Shown one piece after another: positions 1-7,629 of a DNA stretch of 25,648 nucleotides. Source of the stretch: an uncultured Muribaculaceae bacterium (lineage in GTDB: Bacteria > Bacillota_I > Bacilli_A > RF39 > UBA660); contig CAYNHX010000004.1 of the NCBI GenBank assembly GCA_964397275.1, positions 1,129-26,776 of the forward strand. Direction: 5' to 3'. A program made the translations under genes and the position numbers. How positions within the stretch are numbered: position 1 is the stretch's first letter; every line of letters starts with the position of its first letter. Under the pieces are notes generated by a model. That model was given only the letters and a program-made list of their open reading frames with translations, did not search any database and was not told the DNA's origin.

Positions 1-1833
1 AATTATTTAATAAATAAATATGGTAAAAAGTCATGTTTAAAAATAGTTACTTTTTCTCATCTGTCATCAAAACAAGTAATAAGAGATATTGCTAAAGTTT
101 TAGATTATGAATCATACAAAATAGATATGTTAACAAAAGCACTTGATGAGAAAAAAGATTTAATTCAAAATAAAGATAGCAATGATATTAAAAATCTTCT
201 GGAAGACAGTAAAATAAATGAAATATATAATATATCAATTAAACTTGAAGGACTAAAAAGACATTATTCAATACATGCAGCAGGAGTTGTAATATCAAAT
301 AAAGAATTAGATAATTATATACCTTTATCACTATATAGTGATGGAAGTTATATCACAAGTTTTTCTATGAATTATTTAGAAGATTTAGGATTGCTAAAAA
401 TGGATATTTTAGGGTTAAAAACTCTTAGTATTATTGATGAAGTTTTAAATAAAATAAATATTAATTATAATGATATACCATTAGATGATAAAAATACATT
501 TAATATATTTCAGGAGGGATTACTAGAGGGTATATTTCAATTTGAGACTCCAGGTATGAAAAAGACAATATTAGAACTAAAACCAACTAATATTGATGAT
601 TTAATAGCACTAGTCGCCCTTTTTAGACCTGGTCCTATGGATAACATACCTAGTTATATAAAAAGAAAAGAATATAAAGAAAAAACAGATTATATAAATA
701 AAGACTTAGAAGAAATATTATCATCAACATATGGAATAATTATATATCAAGAACAAATAATGCAAATAGCAAGTAAAATGGCATCTTATTCAATGGGAGA
801 AGCAGATATATTAAGAAGAGCAATGAGCAAGAAGAAATTAGACATTTTAGAATCTGAAGAAAGTAAATTTATATCCAATTCTATTAAAAATGGATATTCA
901 AATAAAGAAGCAAAAGAAGTGTACGATTTAATATTAAAATTTGCGAACTATGGATTTCCAAAATCACATTCAGTGGAATATGCAATATTAGGGTATAAAA
1001 TGGCATATTTAAAAGCAAACTATAAGTTAGAGTTTATGAGCACATTATTAACATATTCAATTGGTAATGTTTCTAAAACAAAAACAATAATAAATGAGTG
1101 TAAGAAATTAAATATAAGTATAGAGATGCCAGATATTAATTTGTCATCACTAAAATATGAAATATTAGATAATAAAATATATTATAGTATTTCAATGATA
1201 AAGGGTATTGGTATTAATTTATGTAAAGAAATAATAAACGAAAGAATAAAACCATTTGAAGATTTCTTTGATTTTGTATCAAGAATGAATGAAAAAATAA
1301 GTAAAGAGCAGATTACTAATTTAATATATGCTGAATGTTTTAGAAGTTTTAATTATAATAAAAAAACTTTAATTGAATCAATTGATACAGCATATAATTA
1401 TGCATATTTAGTAAAAGATACTGATTCAAAATTAGTTAATAAACCAGAAATAATAAAAGAAACAGAATTTACAAAAGAAGAATTAATTAATATTGAAAAA
1501 GACTTATTTGGATATTATTTATCTAATCATCCAGTAACAAAGTATAATCTTGATAGAAAAGTAAACACTAATAATATAGATAAGTATTTTGATAACAATG
1601 TTGAGATAATACTAAATCTTGAATATAAAAAGACAATAGATACTAAAACAAATGAAAAAATGATGTTTATTGATGCTAGTGATGAATACGGTAATTGTGA
1701 ACTAGTTATTTTCCCCAAAAAATATAATACTTATTTTGATATCAGAGTACCCAATGTATATAAAGTTATTGGTAAAGTAGAAAAAAGATTATCAAAATAT
1801 CAAATAATTGTATATGAGATTATACATTTATAA
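1..1833 (+). CDS. dnaE: DNA polymerase III alpha subunit (DnaE), C-terminal part; 5' end lies outside the window
   Basis: Frame is open from position 1 (NYLINKYGKKSCLKIVTF...QVIRDIAKVL), so the track's ATG at 127 is internal. DnaE motifs: RHYSIHAAGVVI, LLKMDILGLKTL, GIFQFE, ALFRPGPM, TYGIIIYQEQIMQ, ADILRRAMSKK, YGFPKSH, and a C-terminal OB-fold (EKDLFGYYLSNHP ... ELVIFP). Confidence 0.96.
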   Translation, partial: NYLINKYGKKSCLKIVTFSHLSSKQVIRDIAKVLDYESYKIDMLTKALDEKKDLIQNKDSNDIKNLLEDSKINEIYNISIKLEGLKRHYSIHAAGVVISNKELDNYIPLSLYSDGSYITSFSMNYLEDLGLLKMDILGLKTLSIIDEVLNKININYNDIPLDDKNTFNIFQEGLLEGIFQFETPGMKKTILELKPTNIDDLIALVALFRPGPMDNIPSYIKRKEYKEKTDYINKDLEEILSSTYGIIIYQEQIMQIASKMASYSMGEADILRRAMSKKKLDILESEESKFISNSIKNGYSNKEAKEVYDLILKFANYGFPKSHSVEYAILGYKMAYLKANYKLEFMSTLLTYSIGNVSKTKTIINECKKLNISIEMPDINLSSLKYEILDNKIYYSISMIKGIGINLCKEIINERIKPFEDFFDFVSRMNEKISKEQITNLIYAECFRSFNYNKKTLIESIDTAYNYAYLVKDTDSKLVNKPEIIKETEFTKEELINIEKDLFGYYLSNHPVTKYNLDRKVNTNNIDKYFDNNVEIILNLEYKKTIDTKTNEKMMFIDASDEYGNCELVIFPKKYNTYFDIRVPNVYKVIGKVEKRLSKYQIIVYEIIHL

Positions 1834-1850
1834 TATGTAAACACACAAAT

Positions 1851-1876
1851 AAAAAGAATACTTTATTCTTTTTTTT
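1851..1876 (+). terminator. Intrinsic terminator after dnaE
   Basis: AAAAAGAATA-CTT-TATTCTTTTT perfect 10-bp stem running into a T-run, 17 nt after the dnaE stop. The stem is mostly A:T, so it is weak. Confidence 0.65.
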
Positions 1877-1884
1877 GATATAAT
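1876..1884 (+). promoter_or_regulatory. Extended -10 sigma-A promoter element for pyk
   Basis: TG-A-TATAAT, followed by RBS-like AGGTGA at 1891-1896 and ATG at 1901. Confidence 0.6.
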
Positions 1885-1900
1885 GATAATAGGTGATAAT

Positions 1901-3319
1901 ATGAATAAAACAAAAATATTGGCAACAATTGGTCCAGCAACAAAAGAAAAAGAGACTTTAAAGAATATGATTAAAGCAGGCATGGATTGTGTTAGAATCA
2001 ATTTTTCTCATGCTACTTTTGATTTTGCTGATGATGTTATAAATAATATTAGAAGCTTAAATTCAGAATTAGGTACTAATGTATCTATTCTTGTAGACAC
2101 AGCAGGACCAGAAATAAGAGTAGGAGCATTAAAAGAAAAAGAAATATTATTTAAAATTAATGATGATGTAATGATATCAAAAGATGATATTATTGGTGAT
2201 AATAGATGTTTTTGTACTAATTATAAAGATTTTATTAATGATATAGAGGTTGGTAAAAAAATACTAATAAATAATGGTAGTGTAGAACTTACTGTAAAAT
2301 ATAGAGATAATTATAATGTATATTGTGTAGTTACAAGACAAGGTATTGCAAAACCAAGAAGCAGAATTAATGTTCCTTGTGTAAATATGAATGTACCATT
2401 CTTATCAGACTTTGATAAAGAAGTAATTATGTATGCATCTAAAATGAAAGCAGATTATTTAGCAGTATCTTATATTAAAACTTTAGCAGATATATTAGAA
2501 ATAAATGATATGTTAATATCATTAAATGATGACCATATGCAAATAATAAGCAAAGTAGAAAATGAAGAAGCAGTATCTAATATAGATGAGATATTAAAAG
2601 TAAGCGAAGGTGTTATGATTGCAAGAGGAGACCTGGGTCTTGAAATAGCTCTTGAAAAGATACCAAATATACAAAAAGAAATAGTTAATAAAGCAGTAGA
2701 AATGAATAAGTTAACAATAGTTGCAACAGAAATGTTAGTTAGTATGGTAAATAAAAATTATCCAACAAGAGCAGAAGTAAGTGATGTTGCAAATGCTGTA
2801 ATTGATGGAGTAGATGCGGTTATGTTAAGCGAAGAAACAGCAATTGGGTCTTATCCAATAAATGCAATTGAGTATATGAATAAGATAATTAGTGAATCAG
2901 AAGAGCATATTGACTATAATGCTATATTAAAAAATTATATTAGAAAAGATAAATCAGATGCAACAACAAGCATTGCATATTCAGTTACAGATTGTGCGAA
3001 TAGATTAAAAGCAAAAGCAATAATTGTAACTACTTTATCTGGGTATACAGCTAAACAAGTTAGTCATTTTCATCCATCATCTCCAATCGTGGTAACTAGT
3101 CCAAATAAAGATACAATATTATCATTAAGTCTTTATTGGGGAATAATTCCAATATTAGTTGATTATGCAAATACTACTGATGAAGTAATTGAAAAATCAA
3201 AAGATATTGCAATAAAAGCATTAAATTTAGAAAAAGATGATATAATAATAATAACTGGTGGATTCCCACTAGAATCTGCTAAGACAACAAACTTTATGAA
3301 AATTGAAGAAATAAATTGA
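1901..3319 (+). CDS. pyk: Pyruvate kinase, with several atypical active-site residues
   Basis: TKILATIGP, RINFSH, DTAGPEIR, SKVEN, MIARGDLG, PTRAEVSDVANAVIDG. Start moved from 1883 to ATG 1901 because RBS AGGTGA precedes it and MNKTKI matches the family N-terminus. Confidence 0.95.
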   Translation: MNKTKILATIGPATKEKETLKNMIKAGMDCVRINFSHATFDFADDVINNIRSLNSELGTNVSILVDTAGPEIRVGALKEKEILFKINDDVMISKDDIIGDNRCFCTNYKDFINDIEVGKKILINNGSVELTVKYRDNYNVYCVVTRQGIAKPRSRINVPCVNMNVPFLSDFDKEVIMYASKMKADYLAVSYIKTLADILEINDMLISLNDDHMQIISKVENEEAVSNIDEILKVSEGVMIARGDLGLEIALEKIPNIQKEIVNKAVEMNKLTIVATEMLVSMVNKNYPTRAEVSDVANAVIDGVDAVMLSEETAIGSYPINAIEYMNKIISESEEHIDYNAILKNYIRKDKSDATTSIAYSVTDCANRLKAKAIIVTTLSGYTAKQVSHFHPSSPIVVTSPNKDTILSLSLYWGIIPILVDYANTTDEVIEKSKDIAIKALNLEKDDIIIITGGFPLESAKTTNFMKIEEIN

Positions 3320-3335
3320 TATATTTATTCTTTTT

Positions 3336-3344
3336 TGGTATAAT
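3336..3344 (+). promoter_or_regulatory. Extended -10 promoter element for rnj
   Basis: TG-G-TATAAT in the 53-nt pyk-rnj gap; strong RBS AAGGAGG at 3361-3367. Confidence 0.6.
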
Positions 3345-3372
3345 TGGTTGACTTTAAAGAAAGGAGGAAATT

Positions 3373-5019
3373 ATGAGTGTAATTAATATTTTTGCATTAG
3401 GTGGTTTAAATGAAAATGGAAAAAACATGTATGTTATTAAAGTTGATAAAGATATATTTGTTTTTGATGCGGGATTAAAGTATGCAGATGACACACTTTT
3501 AGGTGTAGATTATATAATACCTAATTTTGAGTATATAAAAGAAAATATAAAAGATATAAAGGGTATATTTATTACTCATGCTCATGAAAAGAATATGGGT
3601 GCTATATGTGATATAGTTAGTGAAATACCTAGTATTAAAATATATGCTACTAAGTATACTTGTGAAGTATTAAAAAAAGATTTAGAAGAATATAACATAG
3701 AATTTAATAATATTGTTGAAATAGAACCACATAAGAGAATAGTATTTGGCAAAAATAGTATATTTCCAGTTAGAGTAACTCATAGTGTTCCTGATTCTGT
3801 AGGTTATGCTTTAAATACAAAAGATGGTACTATATTTTATACAGGTAATTATTTATTTGATGCTACTATGCCTGAAAATTATAAAACGGATGTAGGTAAA
3901 TTAGCGTATATAGGCAAACAAGGAGTACTTTGTTTATTATCTGAATCTATGTATGCAGATAAAAGTGGTTATACATCACCTCAACAACATATATCAGAGA
4001 TAATTAGAAATACATTATCAAAATTAGATAAAAGAATAATATTTGCAATAGATACAGCACATGTATATAGAGTACAAGAATTACTAGAGGAATTAAATAA
4101 AACACACAGGAAAGTAGTTATAATGGGTAAAAAATTACAAAGTACTATTAGTTATATATTAGATAGTGGATTTTCTAATTTTGATAAAGATAAAATTGGT
4201 GACTTATCTAATATAAATGATAAAGATGTAATTATTTTAATAGCAAGCGAAAGAGAAAAACCATATCTAAATTTAAGTAGAATAGCAAGTGGATACGATA
4301 AGTATATTAAAATTGCAGATACAGATACTATATTTTTCTTAGATCCAGAAACAGAGAATACTGAAAAAATATTTATAAAAGTAGTAGATGATATATCTAA
4401 ATTAGGAGCAGATATCATATCATTACCAAGAAAAAAGAACTTAATGCACCATGCATCAAGTGAAGATATAATGCTTATGCTTTCTTTAATGAATCCAAAG
4501 TATTATATTCCAGTAATGGGAGAGTATCGTCATCAAATAGCAAACGCTAAAGCTGCTAAATTAGTTGGTATACCAGAAAATAATATATTATTAAGACAAA
4601 ATGGAGAAGTGGTATCATTTATATCTGGTAATTTAGTAAATGCTAATGAAAAGATAAAAGTAGATAACATATTAATTGATGGTAAATCTAGTCAAGATAT
4701 TGGTGAATTAGTACTTAAAGATAGAGAATTATTAAGTGATAACGGCATTGTAATAATATGTGCATCAATTAATAGAGCAACAAAAGAAATATTGGCAGGA
4801 CCAGAAGTAGTTACTAAAGGATTTATATATGTTAAAGAAAATATAGAATTAATTGATAAAATAAAAGAGATATCAAGAAAAGTTATTATTAAAAATGTTG
4901 GAGTATTACATACTGATTTCAATAAAATAAAGCAAGCAATAAGAGATGAATTAAGTTCATATTTATTTTTAGAAACAGAATGTAGACCAATGATAATAAC
5001 TGTAATTCAAGAAATATAG
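3373..5019 (+). CDS. rnj: Ribonuclease J family protein, J2-like (metal-binding motifs degenerate)
   Basis: N-terminus IFALGGLNENGKNMYV, FVFDAGL, GVDYIIP, THSVPDS, IDG...DIGELVLKDRELLSDNG, GPEVVTKGFIYV, RPMIITVI. The HxHxDH motif reads HAHEKN. Confidence 0.93.
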   Translation: MSVINIFALGGLNENGKNMYVIKVDKDIFVFDAGLKYADDTLLGVDYIIPNFEYIKENIKDIKGIFITHAHEKNMGAICDIVSEIPSIKIYATKYTCEVLKKDLEEYNIEFNNIVEIEPHKRIVFGKNSIFPVRVTHSVPDSVGYALNTKDGTIFYTGNYLFDATMPENYKTDVGKLAYIGKQGVLCLLSESMYADKSGYTSPQQHISEIIRNTLSKLDKRIIFAIDTAHVYRVQELLEELNKTHRKVVIMGKKLQSTISYILDSGFSNFDKDKIGDLSNINDKDVIILIASEREKPYLNLSRIASGYDKYIKIADTDTIFFLDPETENTEKIFIKVVDDISKLGADIISLPRKKNLMHHASSEDIMLMLSLMNPKYYIPVMGEYRHQIANAKAAKLVGIPENNILLRQNGEVVSFISGNLVNANEKIKVDNILIDGKSSQDIGELVLKDRELLSDNGIVIICASINRATKEILAGPEVVTKGFIYVKENIELIDKIKEISRKVIIKNVGVLHTDFNKIKQAIRDELSSYLFLETECRPMIITVIQEI

Positions 5020-5027
5020 GAGGAAAA

Positions 5028-5642
5028 ATGAAAAATATATATTCCGAGTTAAAGAAAAAAGGAATAAAAAACCCATCAAATTTTAGTGAAGAAGTAGTAG
5101 TAACTTTATTAAAAGAAAATGGGCTATATGATTGTGCAGAACTTTTAAGAGCATATGGTGGTAAAAAGAACTATGATAGAGCATTAAGAATATATTTTAG
5201 AAAGAATAAAGACAGAATAATGGTAAAAATACCATTATCTGAATATAAATCAATGAAAAGAAGAACAAAAGCATTTGTATTAGTATTAGCAATTGCAATA
5301 ACTTCAACATCTACTGCTATTATACAGAACTTAAATCAAAAATATACAACAGTTACACTAGCACTTGATTATGGTGATAGTGGATATTCAATAGCAGAAG
5401 AATTTTCAGGTGATACCGATTCTCATTCCTTTGATGACGAAATGTTAGAAAAATTTAATAAATTTAAAATTGATATTTTAGGTCAATATCCAGAATATCC
5501 AGAAACATACCAGCCTTATGATCCGCTTGATCCAGATAGACATAATACTACAGTAAAAATAACAGTACCAAATGACAGGTTGGAAGATGTAGAAGCACAC
5601 AATGATGATCTTGGATTTAAAGATACTTATAAAAAAAGATAA
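5028..5642 (+). CDS. Hypothetical bitopic membrane protein (204 aa)
   Basis: RBS GGAGG overlaps the rnj stop. Basic N-terminal ~80 aa, one hydrophobic segment (AFVLVLAIAITSTSTAII), acidic C-terminal domain. Followed by a terminator. No family recognised. Confidence 0.75.
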   Translation: MKNIYSELKKKGIKNPSNFSEEVVVTLLKENGLYDCAELLRAYGGKKNYDRALRIYFRKNKDRIMVKIPLSEYKSMKRRTKAFVLVLAIAITSTSTAIIQNLNQKYTTVTLALDYGDSGYSIAEEFSGDTDSHSFDDEMLEKFNKFKIDILGQYPEYPETYQPYDPLDPDRHNTTVKITVPNDRLEDVEAHNDDLGFKDTYKKR

Positions 5643-5666
5643 AAAGATACTTTCAGTATCTTTTTT
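5641..5666 (+). terminator. Intrinsic terminator after rnj and the 204-aa ORF
   Basis: AAAAAGATAC-TTTCA-GTATCTTTTT(T), a perfect 10-bp stem ending in a T-run. Confidence 0.8.
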
Positions 5667-5667
5667 G

Positions 5668-5695
5668 TTTACAATTAATAAAAGTGTGCTATAAT
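5668..5695 (+). promoter_or_regulatory. Sigma-A promoter for typA
   Basis: TTTACA (5668-5673), 16-nt spacer ending in TG-C, then TATAAT (5690-5695). It overlaps the track's GTG start at 5684, which argues against that start. Confidence 0.7.
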
Positions 5696-5719
5696 TTCAT
5701 AGTACGTAAGGAAACGATT

Positions 5720-7537
5720 ATGGAAACAAGAAATATAGCAATAATTGCACATGTTGATCATGGTAAAACAACTTTAGTAGATGAATTATTAAAACAATCA
5801 GGTACTTTTAGAGAAAATGAATATATTCAAGAAAGAGCTATGGATAATAATGATATTGAAAGAGAAAGAGGAATAACAATATTAGCAAAGACAACAGCTA
5901 TTAATTATAATAATTATAGAATTAATATAGTTGACACTCCTGGTCATGCTGATTTTGGTGGAGAAGTAGAAAGAATAATGCACATGGTAGATGGAGCATT
6001 ATTAATAGTGGATGCATACGAAGGAACTATGCCCCAAACAAGATTTGTACTAAAAAAAGCGTTAGAAGCAAAAATTAAAATAATAGTAGTAATAAATAAA
6101 GTTGATAGAAAAACAACAAGAGTAAATGAAGTAGTAGATGAGGTATTAGAATTATTTATGGAACTTGGAGCAACAGATGAACAACTTGATTTTCCAATTG
6201 TTTTTGCATCTGCATTAGAAGGCACTTCAAGTTTAAATTCAAATAAAGAAACTCAAGAAAAAACAATGAAGTTTATATTTAATACAATAATTGATTATAT
6301 TCCATCATCATCAAAAGACACTTTATCACCATTACAATTACAAGTTGCACTTATGGATTATAATGATTATGTGGGTAGAATAGGAATTGGCAAAATAAAT
6401 AAAGGTAAAATAAAAATAGGAGAAAATGTTAGTTGTTGTCGTTTAGATGGAAGTATTAAACAATTTAAAGTACAAAAATTATATGGCTTTTTAGGATTAA
6501 AAAAACAAGAAATAAATGAAGCATTTGCTGGAGATATAGTAGCAATTGCAGGATTGCCAGACATATCAGTAGGTGAAACAATATGTAATGTAGGAAAAGA
6601 AAATCCAATTGAGATATTAAAAGTAAGTGAACCAACATTACAAATGACCTTTAGTGTTAATAAATCTCCTTTGGCAGGAAAAGAAGGAAAATTTGTAACG
6701 GTAAGAAAATTAGAAGAAAGACTACAAAAAGAACTTCAAAAAGATGTATCTTTAAAGGTAGAACAAAAAGATACAGAAAGTTTTATAGTATCTGGAAGAG
6801 GAGAATTACACTTATCTATATTAATTGAAAACATGAGAAGAGAAGGTTATGAAATAGAAGTTTCTAAGCCAGAAGTAATATATAAAGAAATTAATGGTAA
6901 AAAGTATGAACCTTATGAAGAATTACAAATTGAAGTAAAAGATGAAAATATGGGTTCTATAATAGAAAATTTAGGTAAAAGAGCTGGTAATTTAAAATCA
7001 ATAAAAAATAATGAAGCAATAGTAAGATTAGTATATGAAATACCCTCAAGAGGATTAATTGGATTTACAACTGATTTTATGACCTTAACAAAAGGATATG
7101 GAATAATTAATCATACATTTAGTGAATATAAAGAATATGTAAATCAAAATTTTGGAGAAAGAAAACTAGGAGTACTAGTATCTATGGAAAATGGCAAGGC
7201 CTCAAGCTATGGATTATATCAATTAGAAGATAGAAGCACCATGTTTATAGAACCTGGAACAGAAGTATATGAAGGAATGATAGTTGGCGAGCATATTAGA
7301 GAAAATGATTTAGCAGTAAATGTTGTCAAAAATAAGCAACAAACTAATACTAGATCTGCAACTAAAGATGCAACAATTGTACTTAAAAAACCAAGACAAT
7401 TAACATTAGAAAAAGCACTCGACTTTATTAATAGTGATGAGCTGGTAGAAGTAACACCGCCAAACTTCAGATTGAGAAAAAAAATACTTAATACAGAACA
7501 AAGAAAAAAGAATGATAAAAACAAGGACAAAGATTAA
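5720..7537 (+). CDS. typA: Translational GTPase TypA/BipA
   Basis: RNIAIIAHVDHGKTTLVD, ERERGITILAK, DTPGHADFGGEVER, NKVD, GRGELHLSILIENMRREGYE, VYEGMIVGEH, ELVEVTP. Start set at ATG 5720 (AAGGA upstream). Confidence 0.97.
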   Translation: METRNIAIIAHVDHGKTTLVDELLKQSGTFRENEYIQERAMDNNDIERERGITILAKTTAINYNNYRINIVDTPGHADFGGEVERIMHMVDGALLIVDAYEGTMPQTRFVLKKALEAKIKIIVVINKVDRKTTRVNEVVDEVLELFMELGATDEQLDFPIVFASALEGTSSLNSNKETQEKTMKFIFNTIIDYIPSSSKDTLSPLQLQVALMDYNDYVGRIGIGKINKGKIKIGENVSCCRLDGSIKQFKVQKLYGFLGLKKQEINEAFAGDIVAIAGLPDISVGETICNVGKENPIEILKVSEPTLQMTFSVNKSPLAGKEGKFVTVRKLEERLQKELQKDVSLKVEQKDTESFIVSGRGELHLSILIENMRREGYEIEVSKPEVIYKEINGKKYEPYEELQIEVKDENMGSIIENLGKRAGNLKSIKNNEAIVRLVYEIPSRGLIGFTTDFMTLTKGYGIINHTFSEYKEYVNQNFGERKLGVLVSMENGKASSYGLYQLEDRSTMFIEPGTEVYEGMIVGEHIRENDLAVNVVKNKQQTNTRSATKDATIVLKKPRQLTLEKALDFINSDELVEVTPPNFRLRKKILNTEQRKKNDKNKDKD

Positions 7538-7548
7538 TTTGTCCTTTT
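7523..7548 (+). terminator. Intrinsic terminator of typA (stop codon in the loop)
   Basis: AAGGACAAA-GATTAA-TTTGTCCTT followed by TT. Confidence 0.7.
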
Positions 7549-7567
7549 ACATTGACAAAAAAACCTG

Positions 7568-7601
7568 TTGACATTATATATTATTAGTAATAACATATAA
7601 T
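7568..7601 (+). promoter_or_regulatory. Putative sigma-A promoter with an overlapping imperfect palindrome, upstream of the surface-protein gene
   Basis: TTGACA (7568-7573), 17 nt, TAACAT (7591-7596). Dyad ATTATATATTATTA-G-TAATAACATATAAT (7573-7601) has 13 of 14 pairs complementary. Confidence 0.5.
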
Positions 7602-7629
7602 TATAATATAATAAGGAGTGAATAATTAC

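Noticed and set aside
949-984. DnaE motif YGFPKSHSVEY instead of YGFNKSHA, suggesting a DnaE2-like error-prone polymerase
   Set aside because: The housekeeping context next to pyk, the retained C-terminal OB-fold and the lack of imuA/imuB neighbours favour ordinary DnaE. The N-terminal part needed to decide is outside the window.
5487-5504. Tandem 9-bp duplication TATCCAGAA x2 (YPEYPE)
   Set aside because: Only two copies, in frame; too short to call a repeat array or contingency locus.
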